Assembly (NCBI RefSeq): GCF_001194135.2 | Contig: NC_068981.1 | Coordinates: 126,352,970-126,387,452, forward strand | Length of the DNA: 34,483 nt | Source: Octopus bimaculoides | Lineage: Eukaryota | Direction of reading: 5' to 3' | Part shown: positions 1 to 12,816 of the stretch, in pieces | Layout of the letters: every line of letters starts with the position of its first letter | Position numbering within the stretch: the first letter of the stretch is position 1 | The notes under the pieces: generated by a model | The model's input: the letters and a program-made list of their open reading frames with translations, nothing else | The model's database searches: none | Told to the model about the DNA's origin: nothing | Translations under genes and position numbers: made by a program

Positions 1-246
1 CTTGTTTTGCCTATGTGAGTTGCGGGTAACTGCTATCTGTTGGAGTTTCAGCATTTTTAGCTGCTATTTCTGAACTTCGGTATGTGGTGAAGCAACCTGT
101 TGCTGAACCCTTAATTTTGTTTATAAATGTATAAGAACTTTTAAATAAGTTCCACACCGATAATGGTGCTTACATACCGAAGGACTTGGTAAAAATTATT
201 AATTATTAATTTATTAATAAATTGATAATCCTTTACCCTTTTAATT

Positions 247-261
247 GTATATATATATATA

Positions 262-317
<56 letters not shown>

Positions 318-326
318 AAGAGAGAG
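247..326. repeat. (TA)n/(GT)n/(AG)n compound microsatellite
   Basis: Direct reading. Confidence 0.98.
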
Positions 327-554
327 TTAAATTTGTACAATATCTCTGATTTATTTAAATTGACTGTTCCCAGCCGCCCCAAATATGTATGAGACATTAA
401 ACGAAAGAGTGCTGGGTTCTAGACTCTGTAAAGCTGTGGTGGTCCAAATGCCGTGCCGTATTTAAGTAGGTCTATTTACACTCTGAGTTCAAATTCTGTT
501 GCAGGCAGAGTACATTTGACTATGTGTTATTAATATAAAAAAATACTGGATAGT

Positions 555-628
555 CATGACTGGAACGCCTTTTATTGTAGGTCTGCTAACCAGGGCTGCT
601 CTGGACCTAAACAACAACTACAACAACT
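555..628 (+). repeat. Short interspersed repeat tail ending in (CAA)n
   Basis: GTCATGACTGGAACGCC...GGTCTGCT...AAACAACAAC. A reverse-complement relative lies at ~12925-12995 and a decayed one at ~9680-9815. Confidence 0.5.
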
Positions 629-669
629 AATATAGTATGCAATAAGCCCATTATTATTTCTTATGCATG

Positions 670-720
<51 letters not shown>

Positions 721-770
721 GTCTGTCTGTCTGTCTAGCTATCTCTCCATCTGTCTACCTGTCTATCTAT
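670..770. repeat. (TCTA)n/(TCTG)n microsatellite
   Basis: Direct reading. Confidence 0.97.
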
Positions 771-887
771 CCGTCTGTTCGAATGCATAATTAGTTTTAT
801 TTTATCGTTTGTTCTGTTACGATTCTTTATATTGTTTGCTCTCATTCCGCCCAACCTACATGTACGTATACGTGAGCGCGCACACAC

Positions 888-977
888 NNNNNNNNNNNNN
901 NNNNNNNNNNNNNNNNNNNNNNNNNNNNNNNNNNNNNNNNNNNNNNNNNNNNNNNNNNNNNNNNNNNNNNNNNNNNN
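888..977. other. Assembly gap
   Basis: N run. Confidence 1.
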
Positions 978-1030
978 CTGTCTTTGCTTGTCCCCTCTGT
1001 GTGTAGCCCCTTGTGGGTAGTAAAGAATAA
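978..1030 (+). mobile_element. 3' tail of SINE family A (head probably hidden in N-gap)
   Basis: Reverse complement of 1315-1370 (GTCCCCTCTGTGTGTAGCCCCTTGTGGGTAGTAAAG). Confidence 0.8.
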
Positions 1031-1157
1031 CACACACACACACACACATTACTTCAACCAAGAGAAACATAGCTCGATTATTATGGACATATTTTATTTT
1101 ACTCGGCACAGCGTATGATTTAACAAAAAAATGTAGTCATGCTTTCACTTCTCTCAT

Positions 1158-1806
1158 TTGTTGTTGGCACTCCGTCGCTTACGACGTCGAGGGTTCCAGT
1201 TGATCCGATCAACGGAACAGCCTGCTCGTGAAATTAACGTGCAAGTGGCTGAGCACTCCACAGACACGTGTGCCCTTAACGTAGTTATCGGGGATATTTA
1301 GCGTGACGCGGTGTTATTTCTTTACTACCCACAAGGGGCTACATACAGAGGGGACAAACAAGAACAGACAAACGGATTAAGTCGATTATATCGACCCCAG
1401 TGCGTGACTGGTACTTATTTAATCGACCCCGAAAGGATGAAAGGTGAAGTCGACCTCGGCGGAATTTGAACTCAGAACGTAGCGACAGACGAAATACCGC
1501 TAAGCGTTTCGCCCGGCGTGCTAACGTTTCTGTCAGTTCACCGCCTTTTTTTTCTTTTTTTTCTTTCTTTTGATATATATTTGCGTGGCTGACCCTTTGA
1601 ATTACAGGCACAACAGAAACAGGAAGTAAGAGTGAGAGAAAGTTGTGGTGAAAGAGTACAGCAGGGTTCACCACCATCCCCTGCTGGAGTCTCGTGGAGC
1701 TTTAGGTGTTTTCGCTCAATAAACACTCACAACGCCCGGTCTGGGAATCGAAACCGCGATCCTATGACTGCGAGTCCGCTGCCCCACTGGGCCATTGCGC
1801 CTCCAC
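1158..1806 (-). mobile_element. tRNA-derived SINE (family B), interrupted by a nested SINE at ~1315-1586; 11-bp TSD
   Basis: The minus strand begins GTGGAGGCGCAATGGCCCAGTGG (A box)...GGTTTCGATTCCCAG (B box) and ends in a (CAA)n-like tail. It is highly similar to 29844-30234. TSD ACTTCTCTCAT lies at 1147-1157 and 1807-1817. Confidence 0.9.
1315..1545 (-). mobile_element. SINE family A (Deu/Nin-domain-like), nested in family B copy
   Basis: The minus strand reads GGCGGTGAACTGACAGAAACGTTAGCACGCCGGGCGAAA...TGAGTTCAAATTCCGCCGAGGTCGAC...TTTCATCCTTTCGGGGTCGAT. The TCATCCTT..GGTCGATAAA..AGTACC core resembles the Deu/Nin SINE domain as I recall it. Confidence 0.88.
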
Positions 1807-3043
1807 ACTTCTCTCATAAACTTATGAAAAATAATTTTTGCCGGTGGTGGTGGCGGTGGTGTGGCAGTGGTGGTCGTTGTGCTGTTTGTTTTCCCTATCA
1901 CCGTTGTCTTTGCCCCTTTATTCTTTTATGGATAACATAAGTACCATTAAAACATTCAGTTCGATATAATCTAATGTCTCACAACCCCTCACTAAATACA
2001 TAGATATATAAATAAAATGAATATAATAAAAATATGATAAAATATACTGAGGCCTTGACTGAAACATGCTGGCTGCAAAAAAACTAATGACACCTATTTT
2101 TGTACTAGCATAATTACGGCTTGCTTTCTTCTCTTTATTTAATGACATCTGTCAAACGTATGACACATATTTGTGTCTAGTATTTAAGACCATAACTTGC
2201 TTTGAACCTATTTGAATGATAGTAAATAATATTTGAGTGTTTTGTAGTTGACCGTATAACTTAAGGGCTGTGTTCGAATGATAGTATGTTACGCACACCA
2301 CTACTATTAAACAAGGCTTTCGGTGCTCTATTTACACTATCTAGCCAAATACTTACCGTAGTTCAAATGCACAGCAAAACCTCATGTATGTGTAGGTGGC
2401 TGCACATACGCGCGCGCACACACACATACACACAAATACGCACACAAATATATGTAAATATAATTAAACAAAAATGAATGAAGTGAAATAAGTCACAGCG
2501 GCCAATAACACATCTGAACAACGTAGATGAATACAAGTGTATCAAATGCCATAGAACATAAATTTTTGATTTATTAAAAACATACGGTGCTAGAGGATGT
2601 CACAAAATGAGGTCAGCTCCACACGGAAAGGGGAGATAACGTCAAGAATCAAGGGTTCTCCAAAGTCGACACTCAAGTGAGGGAAAGAACGGATTTATTG
2701 TCTGAAAATAAGAGGACAGTTGTAGCTACGTGTTTCTGACTCAATAGACGTCATCAGCCAATTGCTGTACCTTGTCGCCAAAAACCAAGGAACTTAGACA
2801 TATACAGAAAAAAAAGGGTAGAACAAATTTGTGGCCTATGTAATTTACATAAACAAATTGAGCAAAAAGAAATAACTCGAATTGGCCAGCGGTATTTATT
2901 CGAACAACATAGACAAACCCAGATATATCAAATACCATACAACAAAAGATTCGTGATTTATTAAAACTATTTCCACCTCTGAGACCAACACCATACGATG
3001 GAAGGGAGATAATCTCGAGACTTAAGAATTCTCAAAGTTGACT

Positions 3044-3047
<4 letters not shown>

Positions 3048-3105
<58 letters not shown>
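3048..3105. repeat. (TA)n microsatellite
   Basis: Direct reading. Confidence 0.99.
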
Positions 3106-3108
<3 letters not shown>

Positions 3109-3110
3109 TA

Positions 3111-3335
3111 CATGTGTGCCTTTGTGCTGTATTTGTTCCCACTATTGCTTGCTAACCGGTCTTGCTTTGTTTATGCTCCTGTAACTTAGCGGTTTAACAA
3201 AAGGGAACCGATATAATCAGTACCAAACTTGAAAATAAGTACTGGAGCCGATTTGTTCGACTAAACAAACCCTTCAGGCGGTGTGCCAGTACGGTTGCAG
3301 TTCAGAGACTGAAAACAAGTATAAGAGATAAGATA
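3111..3335 (+). mobile_element. SINE family C 3' half after (TA)n
   Basis: GTAACTTAGCGGTT...GATTTGTTCGACTAA...GACTGAAAACAAGTA, homologous to 30975-31176 and 33263-33368. Confidence 0.75.
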
Positions 3336-3859
3336 AAAATGCAATAGAGTTCACTGCTGTAAGCAGGAACAGCACGAATGCTTCGTTGGTTTCTCCTGTT
3401 GCGCTAAATAATTACTATAGATACGGCTATCGCAAACCAAAGGAGGAGTTGTATTCTCTTGTCCCATCTATAAGTCATTAGGGCTGTTAATTTTTGTTTG
3501 ATAGTCACCTCTGAGCATTAAAGGTTAACTTATTGAACCTATCTGACAGATGGATTGTTAATGGAATCAAAACCTGTATATTTAATATAAAAATAACATA
3601 GAAAAACATTTCTTAGAGCCGTCAGTTAAGTTCTTATTACAAAGCAGCACGAAACTGATGAATTGTGACTCCAGCTACTGCTGTGATATGTTATGGAATC
3701 CTCTATGAATGACTTGGGTATAATTTTAGTATATTCTATTGAAAGCATACACACGCACAAAATTCCTGCGATGAAATTTGCTTGGCAGAAAATATGTGGG
3801 AGAACGTTCTTGTTCTTGGGTGGTAGACTTAATCTGTCAGGCGGTTCCGCAACATCCCC

Positions 3860-3869
3860 NNNNNNNNNN
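3860..3869. other. Assembly gap
   Basis: N run. Confidence 1.
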
Positions 3870-3919
<50 letters not shown>

Positions 3920-4837
3920 TTATACATATGTGCGTGTGTGTATGTGTATATACATGAAAAATAGACTTATTCATATTTCACATTTTAATTGGTCTAAACG
4001 AGAGTGATCCACAACTAATGGTTAACGTACGTTGCAGTCAGAGACATAAATATCTAAGTTGTAAATTGTAATTATTAATTTTTCATTATAAAGTTTGACT
4101 ACCCAGGAAAGTTTCAACCAAGACATTTTCTTACGTGAAATATATTTTGATTTTTTTCGAAGACAATCCAAAAAGTATGATGCACATGACATCTTACAAT
4201 ATAACTAATTTTACCTGAAAATATTAAGCGCTAATTCCTCTGAATTTCTCCAGAGCAGCATAAAAAGCCTCGTGGTATTTACTTATATTAACCTTGACAT
4301 TTCAAAAAATGCTGACAAGTTCCCAAGACGATAATGTTTGTAGTCACAATTCTCATTTACCTGGTGTGACGTGTGTGATAAAAATGGATGTAACATTTTC
4401 AAGACAAATATTTTCTATATATTCCAAAACAGTAGATCTGGAAAAAATTGTCCTATATCAATATCAAGCCGAAAATGAATCATTTAAACATATCTTTACA
4501 GATAAACAGAGATTTTTCTGAGCATTCTAAGATTTTTGAAAACCTGTTTTGGTTTAATTTTCATTTAGTTTAATCATCAATATATAAGATCTATTTGAAA
4601 TAAATGAGACTTAACTTACAATAACGTTGTGTATATATGATACACTAGGCAAAGGCAGATCAATATGAAGCAAATAGGACGAACAGTAGGGACGGATCGA
4701 AAGTTTTATGAGAAAATGAAAATATAGTATTACGCAATCAGTAAATAACCTTAGAGTGCTCGTCTGAGGAGGCTGTAAAATTAAAAATACCTAAAAGCGA
4801 TTTTTGCGAATAGACACACTCATACACCCATATATAA

Positions 4838-4838
<1 letters not shown>

Positions 4839-4896
<58 letters not shown>

Positions 4897-5135
4897 CATA
4901 TATATGTGTGTGTGTGTGTTTATATACGTATACACACATATATGTATATATACATATACATATGCATTGATATATATATATGTGTAATCTATATGTGTAT
5001 ATATATGTGTATATATACACACACACACACACATATATATGTATACATTATATCTGCATTTGTGTCTATATATATCTGTGTGTATATGTGTGTGTGTATG
5101 TGTATGTATGTGTTAACGAGTGTTTGTGTGTGAGC
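4839..5135. repeat. (TA)n plus degenerate TA/GT/CA low-complexity tract
   Basis: Direct reading; source of the YIYI/HTHT ORFs. Confidence 0.97.
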
Positions 5136-5620
5136 GGGTGTTTGCATGTAAAAGCTACCGCCCTTTTATGTTATAGATATGTCTCTTTATGCACAGTGTT
5201 TATTATGCATTGACAAATTATACAGAGGTAGGAGAAAGTTGGCAGGAAGAGATAGGCAACGAGTAAAGGATACAGGGAGAAAACTTGAGAAAAATAAATG
5301 AGAGAAACATAACTTGTTGATGGAACGCCAAGTCAATCCCACCCCATAAACTGACACCATAAAAAAATTTGTGAAGTAACGCAATTCACTATTAAATTTG
5401 AGGTCTGAAACTAATGATTAGATAAATGTACAATTGAATCCAAGGAATTTTTTCAACTACTATTAATATTAAACCGAGTGTAGGCATAGTAGTGTAACTA
5501 AACAGCTTGTTCTACAATTACGTAGTTTCAGGTTCGACCTTACTATGTGTCATTGTGGGTAAATGACTAATAGTGAATGGTGTTTTTTTCTTTTTCACGG
5601 AAACTGTTTAGAAGCTGACC

Positions 5621-6170
5621 GTGTACCGAAAAGGAATGCCGTATTTCATGTAATGAATTCAAATCATTATAAAATATATCGTAAATATTTTAATTCGTTT
5701 AGAATATAATCGCTGCCTTTAGCAATAACATTTCCCCACCTCAAACCCGTTTTCTGGTTCTCTGGGTAAAAGAATCAGGTTCTTTAGAAGGGAAAAATGT
5801 TTGTAGTGCCGTTTCAAGACCGTCATTCTTTCTGAATTTTTTCTACAGGTAAGGTGTTCAAGTGACTTGAATAAGTGAAAATCTGGTTGTGCTAGGTCTG
5901 ATGGATTGGCAGGGTGAGGTAGGCTAACGAGTTTATCTTTTCTTGGGTTATCTTCGCTGAATGTGGCATTTATTCATTGGGGCTGATTATGAGGTTCCTA
6001 CTTCGCCTCTTTTTACAATTTTTCAATCTGTTCGAGATGATCTCGTATAGTGGACCAAGGTTTATTAAGCCTACGGGATAAGTCCCCGATACTTTGTCAC
6101 GGATCTTCTTGTGGTACGACGTCAGATTATTTGCATGAAGATACGACATTACTTTTCGGTAACCCTAATA
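5621..6170 (-). mobile_element. Internally deleted mariner (DD34D-type) element with ~30-bp TIRs
   Basis: TIRs TACCGAAAAGGAATGCCGTATTTCATGTAA (5624-5653) and the reverse complement at 6131-6162. Minus-strand remnants: EDP*QSIGDLSRRLNKPWSTIRDHLEQI..EPH (HTH, WVPH region), then PHSAKITQEKI..LPHPANPSDLAQPDFHLFKSL (YSPDLAPSD motif) and RWGNVIAKGSDY. Confidence 0.8.
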
Positions 6171-7450
6171 TATATGTAAATGTATATATATATAGTTTTG
6201 GAGGTGTCGAGATTTTAGTCATACAACTGATTTGACCATTGGCACGAATTTCAACAATAATTTTCATACTCTTCTTAAAGTGATCAAATTGTAAATCATA
6301 GTATATATATCTGGTAAATCATAATATATCTATCTGTCATAGTTGTGTTTTGTAGCCTGATTAGCGGGTCTCTGGCTAAATTGTCTTTTGTATCTGATGG
6401 GCAACATTGATTAGAATTAATCTACTAGTAAACTTTCAAGTTGAAGCGAAAGGTATTTCATTTCCTTTGCGCAGCTGACAATTTTGAGAAAGATAGAGAT
6501 ATTAAGCACATGGTGCATACCTGGTAGTGAGCTGTCATAGGGTAGACAATCTCTTCTAGATTCAGTTAAGTTGTGGCGGGTTTTGAAGTTTGAAATTTAA
6601 ATCAAAGAGTAAAGAAGGTGCATAGAATATATACATTTAACATTTCTTTTTCCTTCACATTTTGTAGTTCACAAAATGTTTTGCTATCAGTAGCCTTGTA
6701 TAGCGCTATTTCATCCTTCTTTACAATCGTCAGCATGGAATAACCCAAGGCACACAAATTGTGCTAAATTAAACATTTTACGAGGTTAGACAATTTTCTT
6801 ATATATAGAAAACTTTGTTCAGTTTCAAAGACATTCATGCAATGTCCTTTACTGCTTTTTTTTATTTTGTAAATCTGAAGAATTATATAAGAAAAAGTGT
6901 ATTTTTTCACAAGCCTCACGAAACCACATCAACGGCTTAATCAGTTTACTGCAGACTCAAAGAAGCCAGAGACAAACCCATATTAACTATAATGTCTTGT
7001 ACAGTTAACGCTTCCTGAAATTATGATATTTACTCCAAGAATTATGTTAACTAGGAGTTGTAGAACATAGTGTTCTTCCCACATGCAAAACAATGCTTGC
7101 CGTTGATTTGGAACTACGGACAATATAAGGGCTAAGACTTACATCAGGCTGGTCATTTCTCGCTACTTAAAGCTATATAAGGAATCACGCTTTTATCCAG
7201 AGAAGACTCTATCGAATCCTTAGTCGGCGGTAATGATACAGATCAACGTCAATTGACTTTGAACGAGTAGTATGCTTTAATTTGTTTTAGCCTGAAACAC
7301 AATCTAAATCACACTATTAACATTATTTATTTATTTATTTATTTACCCATAATGTTTTAATTCATATTTAACTATTTTTCGCACATCCGACATGTTTCAA
7401 ATTGAAACAATCTTAGTGGATTTATTCAATATGCATGGGCAGAGGAACTT

Positions 7451-7452
<2 letters not shown>

Positions 7453-7493
<41 letters not shown>
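7453..7493. repeat. (TA)n microsatellite
   Basis: Direct reading. Confidence 0.98.
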
Positions 7494-7498
<5 letters not shown>

Positions 7499-8141
7499 AA
7501 AAAAGTAAATAAAGTTGGAAAAGGCACAAAAATATATTTTAGAGAATGTTTAATATTTTGGTTACAGTAAGTGATTTAAAAAATAACGGTTTCGATGTAT
7601 CCATCTTATCATCTTATCAAATATTAAAAAGAATTTTTTGGGAAGATGGAGTTTAACAGTTTGTACCTATGTTTTAGGGCAAAGGGAAATTTTACTTTAG
7701 AGTTACTTCTTATATATGTTTTGTCTATGTAGATTTGGGGTGTGGTTCAAGAGTTCAAGTTTCAGGAATTCTATTGAGAAGAAGTCCTTTGAATTGAATA
7801 GGCAGTTTCTATACAGGATATAGCCAGTTGTGTGTTTGTGTGTATGTGTGTTTTGGAATATATTGTCAAAACATTTTTCTTTATTTCTTTTTTCTATTGA
7901 GAGAATATGGTCAGTGGTTAAGTGGTTTTTTTAAAGATGGTCATTCAAAGAATTTGGAAGAAATTATGCTTCATTTGCTTTGTTGTTGTTGTTGTGTGTG
8001 TGTGATGTTTTGTCTATGTGAGTGTGTAGGTGTGTATATGTGTGTCTATGTATGTTTGTTGTAGAATATTGCCTGCTGTGAGTGTGTTTTTGGAATATCT
8101 TGTCAAAACATTTTTCTAATAAAAAGCAATAAAAATACCTT

Positions 8142-8280
8142 CCTTCCCAACCATATGGTTCCGAGTTCAGTCCCACTGCGTGGCATCTTGGGCAAGTGCC
8201 TTCCACTATAATCCTACGCTAACCAAAGCTTTACGAGTGAAATTTGGAAGACGGAAACTGAAAGATTCTTATCGTATATA
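8142..8280 (+). mobile_element. CORE-like SINE (family C) 5' half, ending in a TA tract
   Basis: GAGTTCAGTCCCACTGCGTGGCATCTTGGGCAAGTGCC (B-box-like sequence plus CORE-like CTTGGGCAAGT). Related decayed heads lie at ~5478-5575 and ~28905-28995. Confidence 0.75.
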
Positions 8281-9056
8281 CAGGGTGTGGTTAATATATT
8301 GTAGTCTTAATTACGCAAAAATGAAAATAACAGTGACATCTCATTTTAACACATATATTTACCAAAATTACATAAAAATATCTTGAAATACTAAAGAGTA
8401 AACTTATTCAATAAAATCACCATTGGTTTCAACCACCTCCTCGAGATGACTTCGGAATTTCTGGCAACTCTTCTGGAAGGTCTCCTTGTTTAAATTGGTG
8501 AATGCTGCCATAATCCTTGCCTTCAGTTCATCTTTGGTGTTACAAGGAGTTTTGTTGGTCTCTCGCTCAACTGCGCTCCACACACAATAACCAAGAGGTT
8601 GCAGTCTGGAGAGTTAGGTGGCCAGATGTTAGGGGTGATGTGGTCGCAGAAATTGTCTGACAGCCATGACTGGGTTCTCCTGCTTGAGTGGCATGGTGCA
8701 GAGTCCTGTTGCCAGACAGAGGGTCTTCCAAGAGCCATCCACTTTACCCAGGACAGTACTACCTCCTTCAGGCACTTGATATAGGCCTCCGTGTTGAGTC
8801 TGAGACCGTGTGGGAAGATGTATGAAGGCATAACGTCGCCATTACTGGTAATCACTCCAAACATCTTGATGCTGACTGGATGTTTGATTTTTATCACTCT
8901 TAGTAAATGTCCTCAGGTTGTACTATCCTCAGATTGACACCCAAACGCTCGGAAATGTTCGTATTGGAGCTTCCGGCGCGAATGTCAAGCAGTACAGCAT
9001 GTTGTTTCCAAATATCTGGCAGAGTGAATGGCATCATGGTGCTGTTTTCTCACAGA
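8281..9056 (-). mobile_element. maT/DD37D Tc1-mariner element, internally deleted, 5' end missing
   Basis: ORF 8523-8897 has WQQDSAPCH...WPPNSPDCN with 37-residue spacing between the catalytic Ds. Terminus TA|CAGGGTG at 8279-8287. Confidence 0.9.
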
Positions 9057-11278
9057 AAAAGAGAACAGTATCAAATAAAGACAATATCAAATTTCAAGAC
9101 CTTTCATTAATAAAGCTGGAACCGTATTTACAGTATATTTCTGGCAGTAATTGTTATAAACACTGAATGAAAGATGGAATCACCTGCAAACGTAGATTGC
9201 CTCCTAATAATTTAGCGAACATGTTAAAAAAGAAAAAAATTTCACAGTACAGTACTTTGTACATTTATCTTCTTTACAATATAATTTTCGATTGATAAAA
9301 TTACCAAATAATTTAATATATCTTGTGTCACGGACAGTTGTGTAATGTGTCTTTATAAGTCTTAGTTTATAAAAGAACCCCCTCTTCCCCTCTCTTCCTT
9401 TTCTTCCCTCTCTCTCTTGCCCACAGTTTTAGGTAAACACAAGACGTGACGCCACCTAAAATGCGGTGACCAAGGCAACTACTCTAGTTGAGATACCCCC
9501 AATCAATTTTGCGTATAAGTTTCGAAGAGATTATAATCGATGAAATCCAGTTCATTTGATTACAATTTTTAAACATTTTATCAACATAATACTTCTTCTA
9601 TTACGGTCTGGTAATCATTAAAGAACCAATTAGTTTGACATGCCAAACACAAGGACCCTTATGCAAACACTAGAAATGTCTGCCAAATATTCTTTAAATC
9701 GCACCTTACCACCTTAAAAAAAGTTGGGCATACTCTTGCTGAAAACAAGACAGCGATCAGTTGTGGAAGGCTTTTAGCGGGTTTGCTCAATTAGGTTCAA
9801 AGAACAAAAGCAGTTTCACGGTTAGGCTGCATTTATATCTCACTTGACATAATTGTTAATTTATGTAACACTGCTGCAACGACATAAACACATAAATCGA
9901 CTGTTAACATTATCGCTTAATTCATTTCTCCTCCAGAAGTGGTAAAAATAATTCATTTATATTTGCACAGACATAGACTCACATACAACATTAAATATCA
10001 TATAGATCCTAACAGTTATATGCACATACAATGGCAGTATTCCAGCACGACCAGAATAACAATGGTTTATTTCAAGTGAATAATTAAATAACACATTCAT
10101 ATATAAAACAACAACTGTAATTGTTGACATGGAACTCAGATAAATGTCAGTATTTAGTGTTTTCTGTTTCTATTTCTGTCTATTACATTACAAGCGCCAT
10201 CTCTGTAAAATTCTTTTCTAAAATACAGGACAATATTCTTAATTGAGGAAGTAAAAAGCAGGATGTAGTGACAACACAATTGGAATGCTTTCAAAATAGT
10301 ATATTTTAAACTTTTTAATAACATAACGCAATAGAAATACGAAAGAATGAAATTATATCAGGAATTAAAATATTCAGGATATGCATATGCCATCATTAAC
10401 TTGTTTCCTTCAAAGTGGTGCCAATGTTATTACTCATTTCAGTATTCATGTTGCATATACTTTTAAATACGGTCTTAGGAAATGTCTGATTGGGGGAAAC
10501 AGATATCCGAGCGATTATGTTTAGAAGTCAGACATGCAGTATTTAGTTACAGAGCTTTACCTTCTGAGATCAAGCTCCGCTAAAGTCAAATTTTTCTCTA
10601 TCCCAGTACCAACTGATTTCAGACACTGGTAGAAAATGGGAGGGTTAAGCGATGTCCTAGTAAAGTGTCTTCATAAAAAATTTCTTGCTGCAGGAACCAT
10701 CCAATGAAAACCTTTAGAGTCCAGAGAAAGACATAGCGGATGGGAATGGACCAATGTGAAGAACAGAAGGCGACAGACTAGACACTACGTACATCTTTAC
10801 ATCTTATATATAAATGGAATTATGTTAGAAAAAATTATAGCCAGCACTGATTTGTTACGACGTACTCGAGTACACCTAATGTAAACAACAATGAGATCGA
10901 AGATAAAAACTGGGTAGTCTTAATAAGTGATTTAATAGCATTGCTAACACAGTAGAACACAGTATTGACTTATAATAGAACAGTATTTTGTTTAGTGTCT
11001 AGCAGTTTTAGCTACAAAGTAATTTAGTATCGATGAAAGTACCAAGAAAATACCGACAATATCTTCTTTTGTCTAATGAGGATATATTTTGGTGCAATAG
11101 TATACTATAGTAACTTATCAACAAATCTCTTTGACTGTGGGCAGTTAATTTAGATTGTATTAAGATGTAAAATGACAATGAATACAATTTAATACCTGTA
11201 AGACGAACAGACTTGTGATCAACCAATATTTTTTTCAAACATAATTTCTCTAGGACTACATTGCTTAATATGTCCCGA

Positions 11279-11493
11279 AGGCGGTGAGCTGGCAGATCGT
11301 TGGCACGCTGGACAAAATGCTTAGCAGTATTTCTTCCAGTTTTACATTTCGACTTCAAATGCCACCGAGGTTGACTTTGCCTCTCATCCTTTCGGGGCCG
11401 ATGAAATAGATACTAGTCAAGCACTGGTATCAATGCAATCGATTTACACCCGCCTCAAATTTCAGGAACTTGTGCCTAAAGCAGGAAAAAAAT
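11279..11493 (+). mobile_element. SINE family A copy
   Basis: GGCGGTGAGCTGGCAGATCGTTGGCACG...GACTTTGCCTCTCATCCTTTCGGGGCCGATGAAA. Confidence 0.85.
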
Positions 11494-12059
11494 TATCTAT
11501 TCCATTTATTTTTGAGATGGTATGATGTAATTTGAGAGTGATTTGGTTTTATTTCAAGCCTAGTTGAGCGATCAGTAAAGCTTTCCTTGTTACATCTGTG
11601 ATTATCTTATTAAAATATACGCAGAAATATTGCAACCAATGTGATTCTAAGTGTTTATTGAATCTATCAGAGTAGAAACAGAGGTCAGCATTCAACACTG
11701 AATCCTATGTCTGGTAAGCCAATGACTCGTCGGATCACAACTAAGAACTTGGTATCGCTGTAGTAATTAAAAAAAAAAAGATAAACTAGAATTTAAAGAA
11801 AAAAATTTATTACCTTCTCTTACCCATATGGTGTGTGTGGTTGAACACTCGTTACTTTTATGGCAATCCTACTGCTTTCAACTGTGAACAGTACCTTCTC
11901 AGAGTACGGCCAGTCGTCACTCGCGAACGAGTATGACTTGGTAACTTGTACTTTGCTGTTGCTAATTGTTTTAAGGGCTTATATAGTCCGTACTCTCACC
12001 CATGACCCAGTAGAATTTCAAGAATGTGACAGATGAAGGAAGAGAGAGCTGCATCAACA

Positions 12060-12200
12060 CCCAATTGGTACTCATTATAGTTAGGTAGCCTGAAACAATG
12101 TGAACGTGACATTCTCATGTGAACAATGTGCTGTCCAAGCCATAAATTGAACCCACAACCTTATGATCTGGGATTCCATACCATAACCACTTGGCCATGC
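12060..12200 (-). mobile_element. Decayed tRNA-derived SINE
   Basis: The minus strand has TGGCCAAGTGG (A box) and GGGTTCAAT (B-box-like) at tRNA spacing. Confidence 0.55.
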
Positions 12201-12703
12201 ATCTTTGTACTTTCTCAACGTATTTAATTTCAATTACATGAACCAAGCCATTGAGGGTCTTGAGTTTTTATCAAGAGATGAGATACAAACGAGAGCTACA
12301 TTTAGCTGCTTTGTATGCACTCTATCCCTTCGATATGCCATGCCTGTCCCCACAGATAATGAAATCTGTAAAACAAATCAGCAGATTTAGTGGTGCCGAG
12401 AATGGAATGTTACATTGTAGGCTTTTTTACACTCCACATTATTCTGACATAAGATGGTGTTGTAGGCGGTACTTGAGGTAATCTTGTGAGATATCTACAT
12501 TAAAAAATCGGTCATATCGACAAATGGTCTGTTTTTTAGGAAGTGATATCACACACAGGAAATCTAAAAGAACTTAAGGATAACATATGTATTACCGTAG
12601 GAGTGTACTTTTTCACACCCAAATATAAACACGAACAAAATCGTGTTTGTGACAAGGATATATCAATGGAAGAAGAGAAAAGATTGAAGGAAGAGCTCAA
12701 TGA

Positions 12704-12707
<4 letters not shown>

Positions 12708-12797
<90 letters not shown>

Positions 12798-12816
12798 GGA
12801 GAGAGAGAGAGAGAGA
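12708..12816. repeat. (GA)n microsatellite
   Basis: Direct reading. Confidence 0.99.

Noticed and set aside
150-192. CCGATAA-TGGT...ACC-GAAG hammerhead-like relic
   Set aside because: Three core mismatches; indistinguishable from chance.
1690-1806. SINE heads as tRNA genes
   Set aside because: A and B boxes are present, but there is no complete cloverleaf and the sequence continues into SINE body, tail and TSD.
7583-7620. Minus-strand ATGATAA-GATG gata CATC-GAAACCGTT hammerhead-like motif
   Set aside because: Two core mismatches and no convincing stem I; at most a dead relic.
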